Position numbers and translations under genes: made by a program. A DNA stretch of 62,939 bases, filler included, from Perkinsus chesapeaki ATCC PRA-425 (Eukaryota; Protista; Perkinsozoa), in the NCBI GenBank assembly GCA_013115145.1. It is 11 parts of 11 records of this genome, joined end to end, with 100 filler letters (N's around TTAATTAATTAA, not from the genome) between each part and the next. Parts side by side here need not be neighbours in the genome. Positions count along the whole stretch, not along the records: positions 24,957 to 26,758 come from JAAPAO010001780.1; positions 26,859 to 36,226 come from JAAPAO010000940.1; positions 36,327 to 48,925 come from JAAPAO010000806.1; 8 more parts are not named here. One strand, written 5' to 3'. Positions 24,857-36,764 of the stretch are shown here, piece by piece (position 1 is the stretch's first letter; each line of letters starts with the position of its first letter). The notes beneath the pieces are model-generated. The model had not been told where the DNA came from. It saw only the letters and a list, made by a program, of their open reading frames with translations, and searched no databases.

Positions 24857-24956
24857 NNNNNNNNNNNNNNNNNNNNNNNNNNNNNNNNNNNNNNNNNNNN
24901 TTAATTAATTAANNNNNNNNNNNNNNNNNNNNNNNNNNNNNNNNNNNNNNNNNNNN

Positions 24957-26758
24957 TATTAATTATTTACTACTATATGCAGTATATTATTATACCTTTA
25001 TTCATGTAATTATATATCGTTATAATATATTTATGGATAATATGCATTGATTAATATTATATATACTAGATCTAGATAATTAAATTACCTTATGTTTATA
25101 CTATTAATAATATAGTCTTATACCAATATTTAATATAAATAAAACCTCTACTTTATATATATTATATTCTATATTTAATAAGATAATAAACTAATAAATA
25201 ATATATAAATTATATAATTATGACTATACATATCTATATAAAGACCATATTATATCTTAATATTATTGGTAATGCTGGCCATTTATATTAATTATAGATT
25301 AGTAATACATATAAATCTAATTATTATAACTTATAAATATAAATTTATTATAAATATCATTATTATATATTATTCTCAGGATATATATATTAATCTATAG
25401 CTATTATTATATTATTTGTGATGTGCATGAATTATATTATATTATTTATATTGGCACATCACTATATATAAATATGTATATTATGATATTAGATATATTA
25501 TATATAAATTAGATATGCATTACATCTATATATATTATATTAATACGTCAATATAGCTAATTTATTATATAAATTACAGGATATATAATTATTATTACTA
25601 TTAATTATCTATATTGATATATATTATATAATGATAAGTAATAAATACAGATAACAGATAATAAATTATATCATATTAAATATATATTATACATTATTAT
25701 ATTATACCTTATATTTAGATATATTATATATATTGATATTTAATACTAGATTTTATAGATAAAAATAATAATGATATGTGGGCTATTATATATATTATAG
25801 TTATTATCGATTATTAGTAGTTAAGCCCACATTATTATATAATTTATAATATCATATATCTTTATTTATTTATATTTGTATTATATGGTATAATTGTAAT
25901 ATATTGATAGATCTTTATTCATATTGATATTTATTATATTTTATATCATTTATTATCTTATTAATATATTATATATAATTAGTAATAAATAGCTATTCAC
26001 TAGTAATATAAATAGATATAATATTGGTTATCCATAGAATATATATAATTATACATTTAATAATATTATTTATAACAATACAATATAATATATAAAATAT
26101 AGTATTCCCTAATATATAATAAATTATAGATAATGCCCTGTATTTATAATATAATAATATGTATAGCTAGAGGTTATCAATTAAATATAAGGTAATAATA
26201 TCTATAAACTAGCTATATATTTATAATTAATATTAATCTAGATATATATAAATATTACCTTAGAATAGCCATAGATTATATATTTATCTATCCTTATTAT
26301 ATCATATAATATATATTATATTTGTTATTATAGTATTTAGATATATAATTTATATAAAATATACACTATTATATGGTATTAATTTATATATAATTCTAGG
26401 TATTATTACTTATATTTATATATTATATTATATCATTAATACACTATTATCAATATAAATAGATTATTATTTATTATCTGATATTAATATACCATAAATC
26501 TAGAAATATATATATAATAAATATTATAATTTTAAGTATAAATATGCATATTTTAATATATAATATTTGGTTTAATTCTATATTTTATACTATTAATTTA
26601 TATCTATAATCTACTAATAAATATACTATGGTTATAGGGAATTATATATGATATTTATCTATTATTAATGATTATTACCAATACTTAATATATATAATAG
26701 ATAGGAATAGATCTAGTTTATATATATCAATAATAGCTGATTTATCTATTTATATATC
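24957..26758. other. Extremely AT-rich contig, possibly mitochondrial DNA
   Basis: Sampled 60-nt lines carry 5-11 G+C each (roughly 8-18% GC). It is not a simple repeat, and no gene could be decoded with the standard code. Confidence 0.45.
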
Positions 26759-26985
26759 NNNNNNNNNNNNNNNNNNNNNNNNNNNNNNNNNNNNNNNNNN
26801 NNTTAATTAATTAANNNNNNNNNNNNNNNNNNNNNNNNNNNNNNNNNNNNNNNNNNNNCCTCTAGCACGGAGTTACCCACGACCGCCCGCTTCGCGGGCG
26901 GTCGTGGCTACCTCCTGAGCTAGACGGGCTTGATGTCGAAATTTGTTGGACAGTGTATATCCTGCAATATTTCTTCATTTCCCAG

Positions 26986-29783
26986 CCATCAGGTACTATA
27001 GGATTCACAGGTGGACGTGCTCGTCCACAGGCCATCATTCGCATGGTCCCGATGCTCGTCGCCAAGAACAAAATCGGCCCCAAAATCCAAATTGGTACTC
27101 CTCAGTCTCTCGGGCTGCCGCATCACCAATTGCGCAGGTAACGGAGATGAACGGCAACTTACACCATCTGGCGGGCCCGTGAATATCCATTGGCCGCCTC
27201 ACACTACCGACCGGGTCCCTACCGTGGAGGGTGCGGACCCTCACGAGTTCTCGCCATGTGAAACTGTAAGGTTGGAGTACGTGCAACAAGCCGCGACGTT
27301 TTGAAAGGTCCAATTGCTCCGTATTTGCTATGCTCGATCGGGGGATAAAGGCAACAATGTTAACGTTGGACTTTTTGCTCGGAATCAAAGGTAAGCCCTG
27401 TTGATGGAGATATTGTGTATTATTTTTGATATACGCAAAAGGGCGTATCTCAGAGGCTAGATTTGGCAAATGTTCGTCGACAGTTTCCGGCAATCTCACA
27501 TTTCTACATGCATATTTCCGTGGAGCACTCTAGGTTTGATAGAATAACACTGCGTGTACTACTATTCCTTTATCCAACTTGCTGCAACTCGTTTCAACGG
27601 CAGTGTTTTCAAGTTCATTCACAATCATCTTGGCAGCTTGCCCGTCCTGCAGGTTTTGCCATTGCAATATTAAACTTAACCCAGTCCGACAGCCCATATC
27701 AGGTATTTGCCCTTCATAAAGCATCAGGTGACAGCAGAGGCAGTGCGACAATTTTTTAAGAGTCGGTGGAATCTTCCCAGCACTGGTTGTGTACGCTTCG
27801 ACCTCGCCATTATGGTCACCACTCGATCAGATACGATATGACGTCCCAGGCCTCGGTGCATTTAACTATCTGATAACCGACATCCTGGGAGGGGGAGGTA
27901 GATGCGTGCATCTACCAGCCAGAAAGATACCATCTCTACAGGGATGGCCTCGCTACATGCTGACAACCTCGGAAAGTCGTACGGTCAAATGCTGCTCCAG
28001 TTCCCCTTGCTGATGCCATCCATATTGGTAAGGCAATATGGATTGTCAAATTGATAATATTTATGTATTTTCAATTAGCTGGACGGACTGAGACCAACCG
28101 AGGCTCCAGAGCTGCAACATTTCTCGGCTGGCCTGATGGGGTTCTCTGGTAAAGGATTTGACTTTGTCGTCCACACTTCGAGCCACGTTGCTGAAATCGT
28201 ACGTGTGTGGTGTGATGGTTTGGCTTCTGAGGGGTGTTAGATACTCAACCGTCCGAAAGAGCACAACTCATTAACGGATGAGATGATGGCATCTTTAACC
28301 AGGTGCACGGAGCTTCTTACCAATAACCCAGATCTTAGACGGGGGGTAAGTGGGTGGTAGGATGATGTTGATATGGATGATAGTGAAGTAGGCTGTAGTT
28401 GAGTTACTTCGAATGTGTTAACTGCATTAACGGTGAACTAGAACAGTATGAGAGCTTTCTAATGGTACGAGTCTCGTTGGCATTAAGTGACAGGCCGCGG
28501 GCCCTGACTAAATGAACGCCCCGTGTGAATGCTAGTTATGCTACTACTAATAGTAGTCTATGGGTGTCGTATATTAGGTAATACCCAATATAGTAGTCTA
28601 CTATATTGGCTATTATCCAACCGCTAGTACTCACCTATTGATGGCATTTATAGGATAGTCAATGATTGGAGGAGGAGCTCAAATGTCAGCACCGAGAATT
28701 CTCCATTTGGCGCTGTATCGCTGATGTTAGCAGGGATATTATGGCAGGTTCGTTTAGTGGTTTTGAGAGCAACTCCAGAGAGCAAGACTTTCTGTGCCGG
28801 ACTCGACCCGAGAGAATTCAGTCGTAGCCGCGCAGTGTAGGCCGGCAGGCATTCCTCCATCGCTCTAGAGCCGTAGTAGGTCCCTGGACGAGAACGTCGA
28901 AGGTGCCAGTAATTTTGTCAGAGTGCTTACTCAACTCGCCAGGATTCCACAGGTGGACGCGTCGTCATGTTAAATATGCGTTCGATATCCTTCCTGTTAG
29001 TTTCTTGTGTGCGTTGTCTCCGGTAGAGTATTCGGTGGAGGTTGGGGTCTATTGGCAGCATGTGATATGGTTATAGCCTCTCGGGAGAACACTGAGCTTA
29101 CATTGTCGGAAGTTAAACTGGGTAAGTATGGTGGAACCTGAGCAACCTGCCGCTCAGATAGCACCATTTCAATCTGTGTCTCGTTGGATTCAGTGTTGTC
29201 CGAGAAAGACATTTGTTTTCATGTCTCTAGTATATGCGACATCTCCTCCTTGTGGGGTGACCCTCGGTGGCTGATTATACACTTTAGGAGTCCATCGCTG
29301 AAGCGGGTTCACTAGCTCGAGCATCGGTGAAATTCGGAGTGCGCATCGAGATTATATTAGATCTGTAACAAGTATCCATATAATTATTGTTTATCATAAC
29401 GATAGTGTATTTCACCATAACAAGAAATAGTCGTATTAATAATTATGTTATCATTATTATATAGTATGATCCCTTCTCAGGTGTTTGTCCAGCGACAATC
29501 CTTCCACTAGTAATTCGTCGCGTGGGCCCTTCTGCAGCAGTTCGCCTTGCCGCCTTAGCAACCCCTATTGACGCAGATGAAGCCAAGGCAGTCGGTATGT
29601 CCTATTCACCTTGGCTGAGCTTATCGCGGTATAGGTATAGTCGATATAGTGGTCCAAAGGCAGACTGACATCGACTCAGCATTGCAGGCGGTGGCTGATC
29701 GTATTAGGCTCAGTGAACCGCATGCTGTTAGCGAACTTAAAAAGCTGGCATTTAATATGGAGAAGAAAGAAATGGTAAATTGA
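26986..29783 (+). CDS. 5'-truncated multi-exon fusion: AtuA-like (DUF1446 family) C-terminal ferredoxin-fold domain plus enoyl-CoA hydratase/isomerase domain
   Basis: AtuA motifs CYARSGDKGNNVNVG (27326-27370) and RYDVPGLGAFNYLITDILGGG|GMASLHADNLGKSYGQMLL. ECH motifs ILNRPKEHNSL, KTFCAGLD, FGGGWGLLAACDMVIA and LSEVKLG|VCPATILP. Joined in frame through introns 28028-28078 and 28199-28240; stop TGA 29781-29783. Confidence 0.85.
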
Positions 29784-30787
29784 AGACGCGGGACATTTTT
29801 GGGGGGATCTCGACGTGTCGTGTTCCGAGCGAGCGACCATCATTTGACTTGTTCGTTTGGAATGTTAACATGCGTGTAGATGTTTGATAAGTGTTATCAA
29901 GGCTATGTTATGCAAGATACAAGGAGGGTTGTTGTCCAAGATATAATTCCGGTCGTTGCATTACTTGTATGTGAGATACCGGCCTGATGAACGCGCCAGA
30001 CTGCAGTAGTTTTAGGGCTCAGCTTCCACCATTAACCGCCGCATTACCCAGCAAGATATGTCCTTCTAGTTCCATACCAACTGTTCGCAATGCTTTCCAT
30101 TCACGTTAGCGTATTTAAGCTCACTTACTAAATTCGGGTCTTCGTTCACGTAACGAAGTTTTATCCTCCTAGATTTCCCATCAGCTTTGTTGATGTTTGT
30201 GTCCCAAAGACAGTTTTAGAATTGAGATTTTACACTATTCCCAGCCATTTCATTTGTCAGGGTACCGCTGAGCTTACTCGCTCAGTAGCAACTGTGATTG
30301 CCCACCTAAGAGCCGGTAACGAAGCCGCTGAGGGCATCAGAGCATTAAAGCAACGTCGAGAGCCCGAATGGGCTAAAGTACAGCTGCAGGTGAGCCACTG
30401 GTTGTGATTCGGTATCAATAGTCTATAGCAGGTGCCAAGCATACTAGGACCTGGAGTCAACCTCAAGAACGAGAGTCGATTGTAACGATTTTTTCAATGG
30501 TGTTGTTTTTTTCAATTTTATATGAACCCTTTTCATGCCGAATTTGTTGCGTAACACCCTGAGTAGGACAGGCTGCTCAGTAATACAACAGAATCTATGC
30601 TCGAAGGGCGCTCCGAAGGATTTCGGACGAAAGGACTAGTTTTAGCTAAATTGTGGCGACAAAAGCTTGCGCCCGACAATGTGCGCCGTACTGGTGATTG
30701 ACGAAGACTAGTGTACGTCTCTGCACTAACAGGTCAATTTTGCGCTTCTTTAACAGCCAATCTGGTAGATATTTTAACTTTGGTGAA

Positions 30788-33430
30788 ATGGGTAACCTCG
30801 TCGGGGTCGATTTGGGCGGCAATATAGGGAAGATAGCCGTACGGGTTCGAGCCTCGGATATTGACGATTGCCCTATACCGACAGATCTTAGCTTCCTGGC
30901 TGGTAGGAGGAGATCATCACATAGGCATGCCTCTACAACGGCAGGCAGCAGCAGTAATATAGGAGAGCCATACCATTGAATTTTGATAGAATGGGGGAAA
31001 AGTCGGTATGAAAATGTGCGATACAGTGCGCATAAATATCGGTTATTTCATGGTGTCTATTCTCAGTGATATGAACCAAGGAATCAAATTAAGGCTGTAC
31101 AAACACTCTTAATGTAACACTACTAGGTGTGTTGATATACCGTTAATTTTTAATAGAGTATACGAGAAATCGGTATGGAATATACGCACTATACCATTAA
31201 TTTTAATAGAGTATACGAGAAATCGGTATGGAATATACGCCCTATACCATTAATTTTAATAGAGTATACGAGAAATCGGTATGGAATATACTATGGAGTA
31301 TACGCACTACACAGTTCGATATCGCTTCTTCACTGTATCAGGTGATGAGAGCCCTGCGGACGGTGGCGATTCTCTAGTATCATCATCATTAGCATCTAGT
31401 GAATGGAATGAAGGGATGGAGGACTGGACAATTAGGATCACAGATGATGGCTCTGAGATCCGATTTGTAGATATCGATCTCAATGACACTAAACAGTTCC
31501 TGTCAACAGAGGTGATATATTTGGGGAGGGCAACAATGGGAACGTATTTCACATAAAAATTGAAATCTGCGGGGGGAGCAGATTGTCACTTAAGACTGAG
31601 GAATAGAGGAGACAGACTCACCTTACGTAAATGTATGAAACTCCTTTTTTCAGAACTTACTGTACATATCTTCTACTGATAGAACTAGGTGGCTGGGTTA
31701 TACTTATTAGGTCTGCCGTACGAAGCTAGTTATTGGGTCCGCGGAATGGCTTTCTCATGCCAGTGTACTGTTTTGCTGTAGATTTCGCTTGAGTAAAAGT
31801 GTTTTATTGCCTTAGTAAATCTATACCTCATTCTCACTTACTGCGGCTTGATAGAGGTAGGAAAATTGATCACCCAAAGCGTAGGGGTAGCTGGGAGAGT
31901 CTCATCTGTGCAGTTATATAGTGTCCTTCAGGTTGGCCAATATCTCCTATCCTTGCAACAGAACAGTAAGAGTACTTCCTTTGCCGGAGTAGGCAGCGGT
32001 GTCTGGCGACTCCAGGACTGTAATACCACCACCACTACCGTGACGCCTCGGATGGGATGGAGCTCCCGGCAGGTATCCAGAAGAATGTTGGAGCGCGATG
32101 TGAGCGTCATCGAGAATCGGCATGTGTGTTGGCTGGTATCAATTATGTTCTTCGACATGTCCCTCAAGAGTGTTTTTATTTCCCTAACGTCGGCAATGAC
32201 TCGGTAATAATGTGGCGCGCGGTCAATTTTGGAAGAGAATTTTTCAGGGAGTTAATCTTGCCGGGGCGTTGCCGTCCAATCACGAGTTGGTTGAAGGTAT
32301 GGAGTTTGTCAGCTATGAACGGTTTAAGGGGATATTCCCGTTTCTAATGGTCAGCATGAAAAGTGGCACCAGTTTTTATAGAGTGGATTCCCCTACGTAA
32401 TAGGGAAGATATGAGGTCGATAGAGAGGCTCGTCGAGGGCAGGTCGATGTACCGTGTGGGAGGCTCTCCAATAGGGGGAGCTACGATGATGGGGATGGCA
32501 AGACATATGCTGCCAGCTAGCTGCTCTGGAACACCAGCTGGTAGGTCAGTGGGTTAAGGGGTCTGGTTGTCATGGAAATGGTCGTGGTTCTATTCCTGGT
32601 GGTGTTTTCAGACGTTTTGCGGTGTGGCAAACAATGTGATTTTTCACCCCTTGATTTATTGGTATCGGACATATATGGTGGAGATTACCCATCCATCGGC
32701 CTTAAAGGCAATACAGTGGCATCCAGCTTCGGCAAGGCTAATAACACTGACCAACGGGAGAATGTAATTGGAAGGATTGGAATGTGTGTATAGTTGTGTT
32801 AATTAATAATTATATCCGCTTACCTTTAATTTATATCTAATCCGGTATACTGCAGTACGTTCACCAATTCCAGTAAAGTGACAGAATTTCAAGTCCTAGG
32901 TAAAGGGGCTGTATCATTCAAGGAGTAACGCGTCTCTAAGAATGTCGCATGCTTTATATTTTGTACATAGCCAAGCCCTTACGAGACAATGCCAATGAAT
33001 GGGCATGAACTCTTAGAATTAATTTTAGAAGTATTCATTGGTGCCGTGTAAAGTGCCGTGAAGACACCCGAAAAGAGCCATGCATGAATTTAGGTTAAAA
33101 GCTCTGAGGTAGCGAGATCACTGATGAATCTGATGTCGATGAACACGGCACAGCTAGCGTATCTTCACGCTACACTTTACGGGACTGATAATGTGGTTTT
33201 TGTTGGATATCTTTTGGATACACATCTACTGCAGGTAAGGTAGCATTCTCGTAGATGGTATTGGCAGGGTTTTCGTTTAGGCATTTAGTTCTATTCAATC
33301 ATCATTCAACTTCTGGACGGGAGGGCGGATGAAAGCGCTTTATTTCAGACATGCCCACTACCTTGGAGCGTTGGGGGCGCTTTTGAAAAGGGAATCTACT
33401 TTAGCGACCATGACGCCTGGAAGGGAGTAG
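30788..33430 (+). CDS. PANK: Pantothenate kinase, type II (eukaryotic/fumble family), multi-exon
   Basis: LVGVDLGGNIGKIA, FPFLMVSMKSGTSFYRV, RVGGSPIGGATMMG, LDLLVSDIYGGDYPSIGLKGNTVASSFGK, ARSLMNLMSMNTAQLAYLHA and FWTGGRMKALYFRHAHYLGALGAL; stop TAG 33428-33430. Confidence 0.92.
31137..31308. repeat. About 53-bp tandem repeat, 3 copies, intronic in PANK
   Basis: Unit ataccattaattttaatagagtatacgagaaatcggtatggaatatacgc(a/c)ct, starting near 31137, 31191 and 31244. Confidence 0.9.
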
Positions 33431-35468
33431 TAGTGGGAGGAACGGCAGCTTCCCGGAAATTAAACTGACTACTGACTTTGGAATCAGGATCACGTTTTGT
33501 TGATGATTTCTGAGCCGGATCAATATTCCATTACTGTATTTGATTATTTCGTTATTCTTACTATTATTACTTATTATTATAACATTATTCCATACTATTC
33601 AGTATTTTTTATTACTGTATTTGTATTAGAGAGTAAATGCTATTATCAGTATCATTAAGATGATGTGCTGATGTACGAATAGTAATAAGTAAACAGAGTT
33701 ATAGTGGTTATTATGGTATATTATAGTTGAGCTCTATTATCAATATTATATATTTTATTAACGTATTATCATTAACTGTCACGTCTCATTACTGTCGGCA
33801 CTATGAAAAATGGAAATAAGAGTGCGCAGACATGTCGGAGAGATGAGAGGGAAATAGTGTAGGGTGGAGAGTGGGAGTTAGAATAGAATATACGGCATAT
33901 ATTTAAGCCCGAAAAGGGATTTGTAAATTATTCGAGAAGTCATCCAAAGGTTCATTTTGCAGCTCGAAGCTGTATATATCTCACCGTCTGGATTCCAGAA
34001 GTGTCTAGTTATTATTATTAAGTAAATAATTTAGTCAACTAAGCAAAATTTCTGAAACGTTAGTGACACAGCGGGCATTACGGAGTCTGGAATGACCGCT
34101 AATAATGTAGTGGTATCGATATTATATTTTGACGACAATAATTTGACTCTTGTCGTGTCGCCTGTATGCATATTATTGGTGCAAGATGCTTTCCGTGTAG
34201 ACAATCGATAGGATCCTATTTTAGGTTGATCCCGTGCGATACGGTAACATTGGAGCAATCTTTGCTCGATGAACGATTGACCAATCTCAACGTTAGTGTT
34301 AATACGGCAAGGATGTTCCGAAAGGATACCATACAACCTGGAGAGAGCTACGATGATGATGATTGTTACTACGGCGGCGACGGGGAGCCGTCGCTGTTGC
34401 TGGAAGGGCCTGAATTAGAGCTGACTGAGAATGCTCGGCACTTTGACAAATAATAGACCTTTATCACCCTCGGTGTATTATACATTTTCGGTTCTTCATT
34501 CAACTACTTGATATAGTCTAGTTAGTTGAGTTCAAGTAACCTATTAGTCGTAGTGAGATGTTACAAAGTAATGATGGAGAAGCTAGTAAAGCAGCGGGGA
34601 TATCGGAGATGTTCGCATCTGTTCCGGACCACCACCTTTTCGAAATGGTGGTCGCTATACTGCACGCCAGGCCTCAGCTACGGTTGGATGTAATGTGGCA
34701 CAGGGGCAATCACAGTTTAGGTTTTTCTTTCTTCGGTTCTCTATTTTTAATTTTGTATTTATTGATTCTCATATCTCTTCGTCTAGCTTTCAGGCCATGA
34801 CTGTTGCTTGGACCTTGGTTCGGAGTGATATAGGATCCATTTTGTCATGTCTGCTGATTGCCGGAGGACTGTGGGGGGGGCTTATTCGTATCAATAAGGT
34901 CCGCTTGGAGTCCTATAATGGACAATGCTAACTTGATAGCAAAGTTGAATGCATAATCAACATTTTCGGAATTTTTTTAAATATTGGCAATCGACAATGT
35001 TTTCCTGAGCCCACTGAGATCGAATATTCTGCCTAGGCTAGCAGACGCTCCCCCTCCCCCTCCTCTTTACCATCTCTTCACAGTGTGGTAGCATCAGGTT
35101 TAGTACCTGTTGTATGTTTTCAGTTCATAGCCTCACTAGCGGGACTACCTCGAGCTCCCCCTCCAACCTTGGGGCCAGGAGTTGTCACAGTTGGTGGCAA
35201 ACGGTTGAGTATTAGTTCTATTGTAGACGGTAATGAGGAAGGACAAGCTAAGCGGGGTAGGAGGAAGCAGGAAGGTAGTATCCAGGTTTAGGGTTTTCGG
35301 GTTTTCGAGGCACTTTCTGGGATTCTAGCAGGCGAAGTTTCTGGCGTTAAAATGACTGGAACCTACGACGGTCGGAATTGTGCAAAGTTTCATCGGAATT
35401 TTCATTAGTCGCCATCATAGCGATACTCAGATCACCCGATCTTGGAGATATCTCCTCTCACTTCAACT

Positions 35469-36178
35469 ATGTCCAGCGGAGCTTCAACTGCTGCATCATC
35501 CCCCGGTAAAGATCTCCTGTCCGAGATTACGACAAAGACCGCAGCGCCACCCCAGCGGCCTTGTAGCGCGTATCTGGCATTTGCAAGGGAACAGCTACAT
35601 AACGCTAGAAAGATGAGTAGGAATAGTGCGCGGGCGGGAGGGCGGGGCATTTAGTGGCAGATCCGAGCCGACCGATAGACGCGGCAGCCTTTGGGGTTCT
35701 TGCGGCACGTCAGTGGATGGCCCTGACAGATGAGCAGAGGAAACCGTGAGCTGATCGTCCGGGTTCGATTCCTGGTTGCGACAAGTTGTTTAAAAATTGC
35801 TACTGTACTTGGTAATGGCCGGGATTCTTGTAAGGAAAAAATTGTATTCGATAGCGGATAGCTTTAAAGAATATGTGAAGTAATATTAGATAACATTGGT
35901 GCGTTCACCAGCTTGGTGATGAAAGGAAATTTGGTCCAAAAAATTATTTCGCTTAAAGTTGCGATGGACTTATGCGGGCCTGTGTACTTAAAAGCTGCAT
36001 TTTCTATATGGACTTCGAAGAGGAGTCAAATGAAGCAGATATATTGTTGAGGGAGTGGCAAAAAACATACTCGGTGGATTGTTAGTAAAGTAGGTATATG
36101 GACGCCTTCGACGCCAAGATGGAGGAGTATCGGATGCTCAGAGCAGCAGCTATGATTGATGCGTCGCACTGCGCATAA
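35469..36178 (+). CDS. Small single HMG-box protein, three exons
   Basis: APPQRPCSAYLAFAREQ..|..AARQWMALTDEQRKP|YMDAFDAKMEEYR covers HMG-box helices 1-3 across two GT-AG introns; stop TAA 36176-36178. Confidence 0.8.
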
Positions 36179-36328
36179 ATTGTGCAATATCTTTGGGCGA
36201 GCGATACTTGAAGAGATATCTAATGCNNNNNNNNNNNNNNNNNNNNNNNNNNNNNNNNNNNNNNNNNNNNTTAATTAATTAANNNNNNNNNNNNNNNNNN
36301 NNNNNNNNNNNNNNNNNNNNNNNNNNGA

Positions 36329-36499
36329 TTACTACTTGTTCATTGTGGTTTGGATAAGATCATCGAGAACACTCCCGAGGCTTATCTTAATGCTATGGTG
36401 GCCACCTGGATTGCCGACACTTTCGGTTTTACCTACGGTCTTCCCGGTAACGAGCTGGCCTTCTTCAACTTTATGCAATCTCTTCAAAGCGAATCTTAA
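36329..36499 (+). CDS. C-terminal fragment of a hypothetical protein cut by the contig start
   Basis: Open frame LLLVHCGLDKIIENTPEAYLNAMVATWIADTFGFTYGLPGNELAFFNFMQSLQSES* with coding-like codon usage. Confidence 0.45.
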   Translation, partial: LLLVHCGLDKIIENTPEAYLNAMVATWIADTFGFTYGLPGNELAFFNFMQSLQSES

Positions 36500-36764
36500 T
36501 GACAGCGATGCTTAAAATTGGCGACAGAAACATGTTTCGTCCTATGCATGATTAATAATCAATGATTATTGCAATATCAGCATTCGAAATTATTACTCTT
36601 TTCTGTGTAAGTTCATACAAGTTTTCCCTCCCTTAAGAAGGAGCCCCTCATCGTCCTTTCGAGATTCGACAAATGACGTACGGTTATCTGCTTTGTTTAG
36701 TTATAGCCCATCATTGGCACCTATTTTTCTCTTGCAGTATTTTCCCAGGCATCACAGCCTCACC

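Noticed and set aside
25440-25470. LAHH resembling the cox1 WAHH motif in the AT-rich contig
   Set aside because: The flanking residues do not match cox1 and a stop follows immediately. This is too weak to call a gene.
28061-29212. Minus-strand ORFs 28061-28264, 28648-28860 and 28997-29212 as a separate gene
   Set aside because: They are antisense to exons of the enoyl-CoA hydratase domain.
30090-30250. Possible decayed non-LTR retrotransposon segment (WLGIV..WDTNINK) on the minus strand
   Set aside because: It needs a stop and a frameshift within about 20 codons, and no YxDD motif is nearby.
4921-31308. Tandem arrays at 4921, 14950, 24580 and 31137 as CRISPR arrays
   Set aside because: The units are contiguous with no unique spacers, no cas genes are present, and the context is eukaryotic.
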